Source: a virus (taxonomy: Duplodnaviria; Caudoviricetes). Taken from it: 64,000 nt of DNA. Both the position numbers and the translations under genes were made by a program. Below the pieces are notes generated by a model that ran no database searches, was not told where the DNA came from, and was given only the letters and a program-made list of their open reading frames with translations. Of the stretch, positions 51,518-61,338 are shown one piece after another. The stretch lies in IMG/VR virus record IMGVR_UViG_3300035498_000956; one strand, given 5' to 3'. Each line of letters begins with the position of its first letter. Position 1 is the stretch's first letter.

Positions 51518-51844
51518 TCAACTGGTAAAATCTAGAGGGGCATATCCCTCTAGAGACTACCAAAAAAATCCTTAATAAAATGTTTACAAATAGGGGCTTG
51601 ACTTCTCCTCTTGAATGTGGTATAATAGATATAATGAAAGAGGGGGATTAAACCCCACGGAAAGAAGGCGGTTGAAATGTAGAGGGGCTGAAAAATTGGT
51701 AAAGGCTGGCTTAAAATTTGTTCACAAAATGTTTACAAATAGGGGCTTGACAAAACGGCTTAAAAGTGATATAATAGTATCATAGAGAAAAGAAAAAACA
51801 TTGATTAACCGCCCACTGGTTAGTGTGGGAGAAAGAGGAAGATT

Positions 51845-52342
51845 ATGGCAAACATGATTAACTTTACTGAAGAGATGGGTCTAACTACCAAGAACAGCAC
51901 TACTGTTAAGAATAAGGCAAAAGAAATGCTAAATGCCTTTATAATCCAAAAACTCCTAGAGGAGTATGGAGAAGAAAGCGTAAGCGAAGTATTCAAGGAT
52001 ACTAATGGAAAAGGCTATGCAATCAGCGTAGCAGTGGGGACGGTAGAAGATGAAGGCGGTTTTCCGATTGAAGTTTGTGTAAATGTGGAAATGACTGCCA
52101 AGGCAATTACTACCACTAGTCGTAAGACCTCCGCTGGTGTATCTGTTACTGACATCTACGACAGACTAACAGAGGCGGAAGTATATGCCAAATCCATCCA
52201 ATCTAAGGCGGACGAAAAAGCGAAGAAAGAAAAGGAAAAGGCTGACAAAAAGGAAAAGGATGCCAAGAGAAGAGAAGAGTTAAGGATTGCTAAAGAAAAG
52301 GCAAAGGAAGAAAGAACCAAGGAAGAGACTGGAGACTGCTAG
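51845..52342 (+). CDS. Four-copy family protein (copy 3)
   Basis: Near-identical core. Confidence 0.85.
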   Translation: MANMINFTEEMGLTTKNSTTVKNKAKEMLNAFIIQKLLEEYGEESVSEVFKDTNGKGYAISVAVGTVEDEGGFPIEVCVNVEMTAKAITTTSRKTSAGVSVTDIYDRLTEAEVYAKSIQSKADEKAKKEKEKADKKEKDAKRREELRIAKEKAKEERTKEETGDC

Positions 52343-52388
52343 TCTCCGCCCCTACTGGGGCAGATTACCAAAAGGAAGGAGTCACCAT

Positions 52389-52706
52389 ATGACAATTTGG
52401 GAGAATGAAAATCTGGAATACATTACCACTGGCGAGGGAAACTACGAAGATACGTGCATTTATAACATTTTCCAGTGGGGCGATATTGACTCTTTAATTG
52501 ACTACTGGCACAGATTTACATATGTCAAAATCGACACCGACCGAGCAAGCACATACCTATGCGGTTTGCTAGAGGGGAACGGCTTAGACAGTAACGGACT
52601 GGCAGGAGCTGGAATTTATGCATGGTTTGACCGATACAGTAAATGGGTGAGACTGAAAAAAGACAACGACTGGAACGAGTTGGTAATCAAAAAATTTTTG
52701 GAATAG
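52389..52706 (+). CDS. Hypothetical protein
   Basis: RBS AAGGAG; C-terminus resembles 55508. Confidence 0.6.
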   Translation: MTIWENENLEYITTGEGNYEDTCIYNIFQWGDIDSLIDYWHRFTYVKIDTDRASTYLCGLLEGNGLDSNGLAGAGIYAWFDRYSKWVRLKKDNDWNELVIKKFLE

Positions 52707-52750
52707 GTTGGCAGTGGTAAGGATTTCCTTACCACTTTTTTCTATTTTCA

Positions 52751-52835
52751 TGTAATCGTTTACATGGTAGACCCTACCATTTTTCTGTAATCGTTTACAT
52801 GGTAAACTTTTCCTAGAGGGGTGTAATCGTTTACA
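52751..52835. promoter_or_regulatory. Three cre/LacI-like palindromes
   Basis: TGTAATCGTTTACA at 52751, 52786 and 52822. Confidence 0.55.
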
Positions 52836-53009
52836 TGGTAAACTTTTCCTCCTAGAGGAGTTGGTAAAAATTGGAAGCGAGCGCCCATAAATTTTAGGTT
52901 TTTCCTATTGGTAAAAATTGGAAGGAGCGGGCGATCCTGGTCGAGGTTTACTCTTGGTAGAAACTGGAAAAATGCGGGTAGCCAGCCGAGCCTAGCGCCA
53001 TGGTAGGAG

Positions 53010-53262
53010 CTTCCAGCTCCTCGCCTAGAGGAGCCTTCCAGCTCCTTCCAATTTGGGAGGAGCTTCCAGCTCCTCCACTGGAAATTTTTTTCCAGCTCCT
53101 CGGGAGCTTCCAGCTCCTTCCAGCTCATCTGATGGTAAACTTTTCCAGCTCCTAGAGGAATTTCCAGCTCCTGCCAGCTCATGGAGCTGGCAGCTCCTTC
53201 CAGCTCCTTCCAGCTCCTGCCAGCTCACAGAGCTGGCAGCTCCTTCCAGCTCATGGAGCTGG
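53010..53262 (+). repeat. CCAGCT(C) array 3
   Basis: Dense ttccagctc units. Confidence 0.85.
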
Positions 53263-53709
53263 TAGAAATTTCCATGGAAATTTCCATGGTAAAAATTGGT
53301 AATGCGCGGGCCGCGCCCCTATGGTAAAAGCTGGAAGCTTGCGGCACGTACCTATGTGGTTTCTTATTGGTAGGAACTGGTAAAAGGCTTGATCAATACC
53401 TACTGGTAAACCTTACCAGTGCTAGTGCTGCAATGATCCACCCCTTCCAATTCTTACCAATAGCAGACCTCTAGAGTGCTGCACCGCCTGCTTCCAATTC
53501 TTACCAATTGATAAGCCTCTAGAGGGACCCGCCGCTGGTAAACTTTACCAGTGCCCGCCTTGAGAATTTATTGGTAATTCTTGTTAATATCAATAGGAAC
53601 AGAACAACTGGTAACCTCTAGGAGAAATTGTGAATAAATTGTGAACGTAAAATTTGGCAGAGTTTGGATGTAAAAATGTAAAGAGGGATGTAAAATCCCC
53701 CTTGTAAAA

Positions 53710-54477
53710 TTATATTGTCAATTCTGCTCTTAGTTCGTTTAATATCATGTAAAGCGGTTTTCCTTTACGTTCATTAACTCTTTTTTTCTTTTGACTTAAT
53801 GCTACTAGTAAGATTTGGTACTCGTCTAGTGCATCGTACACACCTATGTGCTTTTCTGTATAGTCGGTATTTTTAAATAAATACCTATATACGACTTCTT
53901 CTTTTGTTTGTATGTTTCCACTAGGGGTTAAGTACTGATTTTTTAAGCACCATTTTATATATTTTTGATTGTAAAGTTTGGTGTAAAATATTTCTCTTTG
54001 TATGTCGTACCATTCTATTTGATTGTCAAACACTTGCCAAAGTACAGAATTTTCACCGCCCATTAGTCTTTTAGTTGCCCCTCTATCAAAAGCCACGTTA
54101 TACGCCCATATGCCTTTGATATCATATCTGTTAACCAGTGCATAAAGTAACTTTATGCAGTCGTTAGCGGTTACCCTTGTAAACTCGTTTTTATATTGGG
54201 GGTCTTCTGCTAACTTTATTATATCCATTGCCATTGAATAAGCAGTTAGATTAGTATTGGTAAGGTTTTCCTCTAGGAACTCGGGCATTAGAATAGAACT
54301 TTTATAGTATATTCTATTCTTATCTCCTATTACTATTCCTAAGTTATATGGTCTCTTATCGCTTGCCCCTTCGTAGTCGATAACCATATACTTTTTAGTC
54401 TTTGGTAGTTTGTTAACTGCTTTCCATGTGCTGTTGATTGCCTTTACTTCTTGTAATACCTCTTGAATTTCTAACAT
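53710..54477 (-). CDS. DEDDh-type 3'-5' exonuclease-like protein (copy 2)
   Basis: VIDYEG, AYNVAFD, HIGVYDALDE; paralog of 49152..49919. Confidence 0.75.
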   Translation of the reverse strand: MLEIQEVLQEVKAINSTWKAVNKLPKTKKYMVIDYEGASDKRPYNLGIVIGDKNRIYYKSSILMPEFLEENLTNTNLTAYSMAMDIIKLAEDPQYKNEFTRVTANDCIKLLYALVNRYDIKGIWAYNVAFDRGATKRLMGGENSVLWQVFDNQIEWYDIQREIFYTKLYNQKYIKWCLKNQYLTPSGNIQTKEEVVYRYLFKNTDYTEKHIGVYDALDEYQILLVALSQKKKRVNERKGKPLYMILNELRAELTI

Positions 54478-54706
54478 TTTAATCAAACCTTCCTATTAGT
54501 TAATCTTGTCTTCGGGACTCGTTCCCTTGACTGTATTTATATTATATCATATCCCCTCTAGAAAGTCAAGAAAAAAATTGCACAAATCGAAAAAAATTTT
54601 TATCTAAAAGTTTGTGCAATTTGCCTATTGCTTTTTAGTTGGGGGTATGTTATAATATAGGTACAGTCGAGGGAGACAAAGATCAAACAGAAAGGAATTA
54701 AAAGTT

Positions 54707-54904
54707 ATGAGTAGAAAACTACAAAAGGTAGAAATACCAATCGGGAAATCAAGTCAATGGATAAAGAAAGTAACAGAACGTTACCTCTTTGAAGAGTTAT
54801 ACTGTTGCCGTGGAGTAGCAGAAAGACATAAGAAAGTAGCAAAAAAGCAACAGAAAAAACAGATACGTGCCATTGGCAAACGTTACCTTAAAGAGTGGGA
54901 CTAG
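54707..54904 (+). CDS. Small basic protein
   Basis: Own promoter and RBS. Confidence 0.6.
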   Translation: MSRKLQKVEIPIGKSSQWIKKVTERYLFEELYCCRGVAERHKKVAKKQQKKQIRAIGKRYLKEWD

Positions 54905-55056
54905 TTCCCCTCTAGGGGTTACCAAAAAAAGTTTTCACAAAACTTTCACAAAAAAATGCTTGACAAAAAGTTTTGAATGTGCTATAATATAAGTACAGTA
55001 AAGGAAAAAAACCAAATAGACCGCCTACTGGTTTAGTGTAGGAGAAAGAGGAAACT

Positions 55057-55347
55057 ATGAGAGTTAAAGCAATAATCAAGAAAATGGCAAACAACGACAT
55101 AATCGCTATCAACTGCTTATGCAAAACACAAAACGAGGTAGAAACTGACAACGAGTTCTACAACGGTACAGTCAAAGAAATGCCCAAGGAATACGGCAAA
55201 CTAAAGGTATTAAACATAACTAGCCTATACGTAGAGGACGAAGAACCCTATAGTTGCTTAGTCCTAAGCACAATTGACGATAAAGCAGTCCTCCCCGATA
55301 CATGGATAACAACAGAAAACGAGGACGAAGACGAAGATTGGGATTAA
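55057..55347 (+). CDS. MK(I/L)K-family-like small protein with an acidic tail
   Basis: Cassette unit; FYNG.VKEMPKEY..L.V. Confidence 0.7.
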   Translation: MRVKAIIKKMANNDIIAINCLCKTQNEVETDNEFYNGTVKEMPKEYGKLKVLNITSLYVEDEEPYSCLVLSTIDDKAVLPDTWITTENEDEDEDWD

Positions 55348-55507
55348 ATCCCAATCGCCCCCTCTAGGGGTTACCAAAAAAATCCTTAATAAATTGTTTA
55401 CAAATTAGGGGTTGACAAAAAGTTTTGAATGTGCTATAATATAAGTACAGTAAAGGAAATAAACCGATTGAACCGCCCACTGGTTAGTGTGGGAGAAAGA
55501 AGGAATT

Positions 55508-55894
55508 ATGAAAGAATTAACAATCTTTATGGCAAATGACGGCACTTACTTTGGTACTGCTGAAGAATGTCAAGAGTACGAAGCAATGCCAAAAGCACCA
55601 AAGAAAGACTATGAAACAATATTAAAAGGTATTACCTTTTACACCTTTGAAGGGATTATCCACCCAAAAACAATAGAAGACGTTAACGAGTGGGCGACTT
55701 ACAGTACTGCAGTAAAAATTGACAGTTACGACTCCCTCTTCTTTCTCCTTGATATTCTCGAGGAAAAAGAGTATTGGACTAGAGGCTTAGAAAGTTGCGG
55801 AATCTTCCATAAAGATAGTTTTACTAAATGGTGGATTAACGTTAATGCAGTAATAGAGGACTACACCAAATTAAAAGAAGAGTTTAACAAATAG
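55508..55894 (+). CDS. Hypothetical protein (ANDG..F...EC family)
   Basis: Cassette unit; paralog of 58559. Confidence 0.7.
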   Translation: MKELTIFMANDGTYFGTAEECQEYEAMPKAPKKDYETILKGITFYTFEGIIHPKTIEDVNEWATYSTAVKIDSYDSLFFLLDILEEKEYWTRGLESCGIFHKDSFTKWWINVNAVIEDYTKLKEEFNK

Positions 55895-56079
55895 TAAGAT
55901 TAGTAAAGATTGGTAACCCTAGAGGGGTATCCCTCTAGGAATTACCAAAAAAAATCCTTAATAAATTGTTTACAATTAAATGCTTGACAAACTAGTTTGA
56001 ATGTGCTATAATATAAGTACAGTAAAGGAAAAACCAAGACTAACCGCCCACGGGTTTCCAGTGGGAGAAAGAGGAAGTT

Positions 56080-56340
56080 ATGAGAATAAAACATATAACT
56101 GATAAAATAACAAACAGAGACTGTTATATTATCGTTGAAGTAATAACAGAAAATGGCGTTACCCCTTTAACAACACGTTTCTTACAGAATGTACCAAAAC
56201 CACATAAGGTTAAAGAGTTAAAAGTCGCCAGTATGAGAACATACTCCAATATAGAAGAAGATGGAAACGCTAGTAATGGTATAATCTTTACAGTGTTTTA
56301 CAATAAAAGAATTTTGGGGGATATGTCTCAAAATTACTAA
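56080..56340 (+). CDS. MK(I/L)K-family-like small protein
   Basis: Cassette unit. Confidence 0.65.
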   Translation: MRIKHITDKITNRDCYIIVEVITENGVTPLTTRFLQNVPKPHKVKELKVASMRTYSNIEEDGNASNGIIFTVFYNKRILGDMSQNY

Positions 56341-56477
56341 AAAATGTTTTCACAAAACTTTCACAAAAAATGCTTGACAAAAAATTTTAAATGTGCTATA
56401 ATATAAGTACAGTAAAGGAAAGAAAATAAACCAAAGATTAACCGCCCACGGGTTTACAGTGGGAGAAAGTAGGAATT

Positions 56478-57008
56478 ATGAGAAATCTAGTTAACTTTAC
56501 CGAAGAAATGTCCCTAACCACAAAGAACAGTACAACAGTAAAAAATAAGGCAAAAGAATTATTAAATGCCTTTATCCTAAGCAAACTACTAGAGGAATAC
56601 GGCGAAGAAAACGTCAGCGAGGTATTTAAAGATACCAGTGGTAAAGGCTACGCTATTAGCGTAGCAGTGGGGACGGTAGAAGATGAAGGGGGATTCCCTA
56701 TAGAAGTATGCGTCAATGTAGAAATGACGGCAAAAGCAATAACAGAAACCTCTAGAAAAACATCAAGCGGTATTTCAACCACTGAAATCTACGACAGACT
56801 AACAGAAGCGGAAGTATACGCCAAATCTGTACAATCAAAAGCAGAAGAGAAAGCCAAAAAGCAAGCAGAAAAGAACGCTAAAAAAGAAAAAGACTTGAAA
56901 AGAAGAGAAGAGTTGAAACTTGCAAAAGAAAAAGCAAAAGAGGAAACAGACAAAAAGCAAAAAGCCCTAGAGGAAAAAGCAAAAGAAAAAGCACAAGACC
57001 AAGAATAG
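56478..57008 (+). CDS. Four-copy family protein (copy 4)
   Basis: Near-identical core; followed by a terminator at 57013-57040. Confidence 0.85.
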   Translation: MRNLVNFTEEMSLTTKNSTTVKNKAKELLNAFILSKLLEEYGEENVSEVFKDTSGKGYAISVAVGTVEDEGGFPIEVCVNVEMTAKAITETSRKTSSGISTTEIYDRLTEAEVYAKSVQSKAEEKAKKQAEKNAKKEKDLKRREELKLAKEKAKEETDKKQKALEEKAKEKAQDQE

Positions 57009-57417
57009 AACCAAGGCGGTACACTGTACCGCCTTTTTATTTGGTATTTTTTCGGCGGCGAAATGCACAAAAAGAAACAAAAATTTAAATCAAAGTTTGT
57101 GTAATTTGCCTATTGATTTTCTAGTGTGGATATGGTATAATAATATTGTAATCAAGAGGAGAAAGAAAGGAGAAATGCAAAATGGTATTAATTTATATAT
57201 TACTATTTTTCTGTGTTCTATCTGTTGATACTAACAAACAGACCACAAGGAAAAGCACAAGAAAGAAAAGCAGAAAATAACTAGAGGGGTCTCCCTCTAG
57301 AGGGAGACCAAAAAAAATTTTTAAAAAATTTTTAAAAAACGCTTGACAAACTAATTTAAATGTGCTATAATATAAGTACAGTAAAGGAAAACAAAAGATT
57401 GAAAGGAAGTAATGATT

Positions 57418-57900
57418 ATGAAAACAAAAGTTTACTTTGATATGGACGGTACAATAGCAGACCTATACAACGTAGAGGACTGGTTACCAAAAATAGTAAA
57501 AGAAGAAAAAGGGGCATACCTATCGGCTAAACCTCTATTCAATCAAAGAGACCTAGAGGAGATACTAACTAAACTATTCCACAAAGGGGTAGAATTTGGG
57601 GTTATCTCATGGGGTGCAAAAAATTCTAGTACCGACTACTTAAAGCAGACCGAAAAAGAAAAAAGAACATGGTTAAAAATGTATATACCTACTCTTGAAA
57701 ATGATGTTACAGTACAACCTTATGGAACACCAAAACACATGGCAATCACTGGAAAATATGATAATATCTATCTAGTTGACGACAATGCCGAAGTATTAAC
57801 AGAATGGGAAGAAGATTCCAATAGAAAAGGGGTTAAGGTCTCCAGTACTTATGACGTAGTAATGGCACTATATGGCATTCTAGAGGAATTAGAGGGGTAA
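57418..57900 (+). CDS. HAD-superfamily phosphatase / 5'-nucleotidase-like protein
   Basis: FDMDGTIAD motif I, S, K, LVDD motif IV. Confidence 0.8.
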   Translation: MKTKVYFDMDGTIADLYNVEDWLPKIVKEEKGAYLSAKPLFNQRDLEEILTKLFHKGVEFGVISWGAKNSSTDYLKQTEKEKRTWLKMYIPTLENDVTVQPYGTPKHMAITGKYDNIYLVDDNAEVLTEWEEDSNRKGVKVSSTYDVVMALYGILEELEG

Positions 57901-58057
57901 CCCTCTAGACCTCTAGAGGAAAGCACCAAAAAAAATTTTTAAAAAATTTTTAAAAAACGCTTGACAAACTAGTTTGAATGTGTTATAATATAAGTACAGT
58001 AAAGGAAATAAACCGATTGAACCGCCCACGGGTTTACAGTGGGAGAAAGAGGAAATT

Positions 58058-58375
58058 ATGGTAAAGATGTATGTTACTAATGAGTTAGAAGTAGTTACAA
58101 TGAACATTCAACAATTCACTAAAGCAGTACTAAATAGACAACTCAAAGGAATAATCTTCCAAGACCAAGAGGAAAAGAAAAAATTCATAGAAACGATACC
58201 AGAAAGATATAAATGGAAAATCGCAAATATAACTACAGTCCTAGAGGGGTCTAATAGTCTAAAATACGGTATGATAGCGGGCGAGTACGTCCCAATTACC
58301 GAAGATAACGAAATCGTGTTCTTCAGTTGGTACAGTGCCTATAACTGTTGGGACTTTATCGGAAAAACTCGTTAA
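58058..58375 (+). CDS. Hypothetical protein
   Basis: Cassette unit. Confidence 0.65.
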   Translation: MVKMYVTNELEVVTMNIQQFTKAVLNRQLKGIIFQDQEEKKKFIETIPERYKWKIANITTVLEGSNSLKYGMIAGEYVPITEDNEIVFFSWYSAYNCWDFIGKTR

Positions 58376-58558
58376 ACCTCTAGAGGGGTCTCCCTCTAGA
58401 CCCCTAGAGGGAGACCAAAAAAATTAAAAAAAATTAAAAAAATTTTTAAAAAACGCTTGACAAACTCGTTTGAGTATGTTATAATATAAGTACAGTAAAG
58501 GAAAGAAAACAAACCAAGAGAGACCGCCCACTGGTTAGTGTGGGAGAAAGTTGGAATT

Positions 58559-58948
58559 ATGAAAAAGATAAATGCATACATGGCAAATGATGGAAGAGTA
58601 TTCACAAGCCTAATCGAGTGCTTAAAGCATGACGGAATAAAGCTACAAGCAGACAAAGACGATTGGGACGCAGAAAGCGGAATAACCGTCCTAGTTGAAG
58701 ATATGGTAATAGATACCATGACAGACGAAACACTCTACGCTCTTATGGAATACGCTCAAATAGTAAGAGTAGAGGACGAAGACAGTTACAACGCCTTAAT
58801 AGACGTACTAGACGATATTGGAAGAACCACTAAAGGACTAGACAACACCGAAGGGACAACGTTCTATTATAATGATAGATTAGGGGAATGGATATGCCTA
58901 GAGGAAATACAAACCAAAATAAAAAAGACAATGGAAAAATTAAAATAG
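58559..58948 (+). CDS. Hypothetical protein (ANDG..F...EC family)
   Basis: Cassette unit; terminator at 58951-58980. Confidence 0.7.
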   Translation: MKKINAYMANDGRVFTSLIECLKHDGIKLQADKDDWDAESGITVLVEDMVIDTMTDETLYALMEYAQIVRVEDEDSYNALIDVLDDIGRTTKGLDNTEGTTFYYNDRLGEWICLEEIQTKIKKTMEKLK

Positions 58949-59089
58949 TGAAATGGCGGTTGAACCGCCATTTTTTTTATACCTAGAGGATTACCATTTT
59001 ATACCATGGCGGCGAAATTATCTACTATTCCTATTGGTTTACTACGTCAGTATATAAAAAAAAGAGGGTGTAAAATTACACCCTCTTTA

Positions 59090-59560
59090 TTATAGATTTT
59101 TGTTAATTTCAACCACGTTATATTTTACGTTATATTCTTGCAAAATGTTTTTAATTATTTCACTTTCTTTTTTTCCTTCGCTAAACATTTCATAGTAAAA
59201 GTATTTTTTACCCTTGCATTCAACACTATTGCATATATAAGATATATTATACTTTAATAGTATTGACTCTATATCAGTAGCAGACGTTACCGAAATTTTC
59301 CATAGACTATCTTTCTTTATTGCTTCAATAATAGTTAAACTAATATATACACCAATTAAATTAGTTAAGATAGCAACTATAACAGTTGTAAGGGTATCTA
59401 ACGAAGTCAACTGCTTTAATACTATAGCATTAAAGCCATATGCAAAAGCATTAATAAATGACGCTGTTTGCTTATTTGCTTTAACAGTCAACACGGTTTT
59501 TAATGTGGATAACATCACATTAATTAAACTACATACAAAGAAAATAATTACTAATTGCAT
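59090..59560 (-). CDS. DUF5698-like membrane protein
   Basis: NVMLSTLKT.L.VK..K..A hydrophobic N-terminal half. Confidence 0.6.
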   Translation of the reverse strand: MQLVIIFFVCSLINVMLSTLKTVLTVKANKQTASFINAFAYGFNAIVLKQLTSLDTLTTVIVAILTNLIGVYISLTIIEAIKKDSLWKISVTSATDIESILLKYNISYICNSVECKGKKYFYYEMFSEGKKESEIIKNILQEYNVKYNVVEINKNL

Positions 59561-59635
59561 ATAATCACAATCCCTTCTAATATTCAATTTTCAAGATGTT
59601 TTTTCTAGAGGGGCGGTACCCCTCTAGAGTATCCT

Positions 59636-59839
59636 CTAGGAGTTTTTTAATATTTTTCCTAGATAAGTGTTATTTGCCGTTTCTTTGGCTTTCTCCCTTT
59701 GGTATTTCTTTTTTGCTATTTCTCTTTTTAGTTGCTTGTTTTCTTTTGCCTCTTGTTTTAGAGTTGCCATTAATTCTAGAAACTCCTCTTTATCAAGTTG
59801 CTTTCTTTCTCCAGTCATTTTATTAGTATACTCTACCAT
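59636..59839 (-). CDS. Small basic protein
   Basis: RBS GAAAGGTGG on the - strand; divergent promoter. Confidence 0.55.
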   Translation of the reverse strand: MVEYTNKMTGERKQLDKEEFLELMATLKQEAKENKQLKREIAKKKYQREKAKETANNTYLGKILKNS

Positions 59840-60053
59840 AAAACATCCACCTTTCTAATTATCTCTTGTTTTGTTTTATCTTATGTATATATTATACCAC
59901 GACTTTAGAAAAAAGTCAATATGGCATTATGCACAAAGTTATAGTTTAAAGTTTGTGCAATTTGACTATTGATTTTTTATTGGGGATATGCTATAATATA
60001 AGTACAGTAAAGGAAACGACAAACACAACACAATTGAAAGGATTTGATTAAGT

Positions 60054-60221
60054 ATGAAAAAGTTTGAAAAGGTTATGACAACAATAGGAATAGTAATAAT
60101 AGTGTGGGTTCTAGTCTCTTTCCTAGAGGTGAACGCCAACAACAAGATTGACGGCGGAACGCTTTCAAGTTGGAATACATTCCAAATAGTGGCAACCCTA
60201 CTACAGAAAGGGGGTTGCTAA
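60054..60221 (+). CDS. Small membrane protein (55 aa, below the ORF-track cutoff)
   Basis: MKKFEKVMTTIGIVIIVWVLVSFLEV...; promoter and RBS. Confidence 0.6.
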   Translation: MKKFEKVMTTIGIVIIVWVLVSFLEVNANNKIDGGTLSSWNTFQIVATLLQKGGC

Positions 60222-60222
60222 T

Positions 60223-60393
60223 ATGAAAAAAAGAACCGTGACTTTACGAGTTTTTCAATGTCCAACTTGTGGTGTTAAAATGGTAATGCCTAAAAAAGCA
60301 AACAGAATAACGAAGAATGGACATTTAAAAACCCTCTACTGCTACCAATGTAAAACCGACAAACAAATGGTACAGATTAGCAATTCTTACTAG
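60223..60393 (+). CDS. Zinc-ribbon protein with a bL33-like Cys pattern (56 aa)
   Basis: FQCPTCG...KNGHLKTLYCYQCK; RBS GAAAGGGGG. Confidence 0.6.
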   Translation: MKKRTVTLRVFQCPTCGVKMVMPKKANRITKNGHLKTLYCYQCKTDKQMVQISNSY

Positions 60394-60526
60394 AGGGGTA
60401 TCCCTCTAGAAGAATACCAAAAAAAATTTAAAAAATTTTAAAAAAATGCTTGACAAACTAGTTTGAATGTGGTATAATATAAGTACAGTAAAGGAAAGAA
60501 ACAAAAACCGAAAGGAAGTAATCATT

Positions 60527-60802
60527 ATGAAAAAAGTTTATGGATACGAGGAAAAAGCTGGATACTGCTACATAGTAGAACCAAGAGAGATAAAGGAAAA
60601 CTACATCTTGATTGGAACGCTATCCGAAAACTATCAACTTGTTAAAGCAGAAAGCACGCCAACTAAAATAGTAGAAGGCTTTATCTCTATGCTTAGTATC
60701 TGCTACAATGAAACAGTAATGGCAAATGGTGTAAAAGAGTCCGTGTTTAATCCACAAAAGACTTTTAAAGAAACTATCAAGAGACTAAACGAAAAAGCCT
60801 AA
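60527..60802 (+). CDS. Hypothetical protein
   Basis: Cassette promoter and RBS. Confidence 0.65.
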   Translation: MKKVYGYEEKAGYCYIVEPREIKENYILIGTLSENYQLVKAESTPTKIVEGFISMLSICYNETVMANGVKESVFNPQKTFKETIKRLNEKA

Positions 60803-60978
60803 TAGTAAAACCTCTAGAGGGGCAAACCCTCTAGAGGAATACCAAAAAAAAATTAAAAAATTTTAAAAAAATGCTTGACAAACTAGTTTGAATGTGCTAT
60901 AATATAAGTACAGTAAAGGAAAGAAACAAACTAGAGACAAACCGCCCACGGGTTACAGTGGGAGAAAGTAGGTAAATT

Positions 60979-61338
60979 ATGAAAACATATGAAATCAAGG
61001 AAATGAAAAAAAGTGTTGACTACGTAGACGGAAAAAGAGTAGTAGAGTGGGTATACATGGTGACTAGAGACTATACAGTATATCAAACAAGAGAAGACGC
61101 AAAGAAACATCTAACATATCTAAAGAGTAAACAGAATAGACAATGGAAAGCAGTTACTCAAGCATACATGGAAGACAAAATCGACTGGATAATAGAAAGA
61201 GATAACGAGGACTATATAGCAACAGTGACAAACCTAGAAACTAACGAAAGCAGTACAAGAAAATTAGAGGGGACTAAACCACACCAAAGGAAAGAAGCAG
61301 TAATACAAGCCTTTAAGGAATTAAAAATTAAAAAATAA
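60979..61338 (+). CDS. Hypothetical protein (paralog of 63430)
   Basis: KKSVDYVDGKRVVEWVYMVTRD. Confidence 0.75.
   Translation: MKTYEIKEMKKSVDYVDGKRVVEWVYMVTRDYTVYQTREDAKKHLTYLKSKQNRQWKAVTQAYMEDKIDWIIERDNEDYIATVTNLETNESSTRKLEGTKPHQRKEAVIQAFKELKIKK

Noticed and set aside
50479-58558. Shared MWEK N-terminal peptide in several ORFs
   Set aside because: An artefact of the GTG in the leader hairpin (gtgtgggagaaag); the true ATG follows the RBS
50730-60840. Canonical integron attC sites
   Set aside because: RYYYAAC/GTTRRRY boxes are not consistently present and no IntI is seen; only the cassette-like layout is claimed
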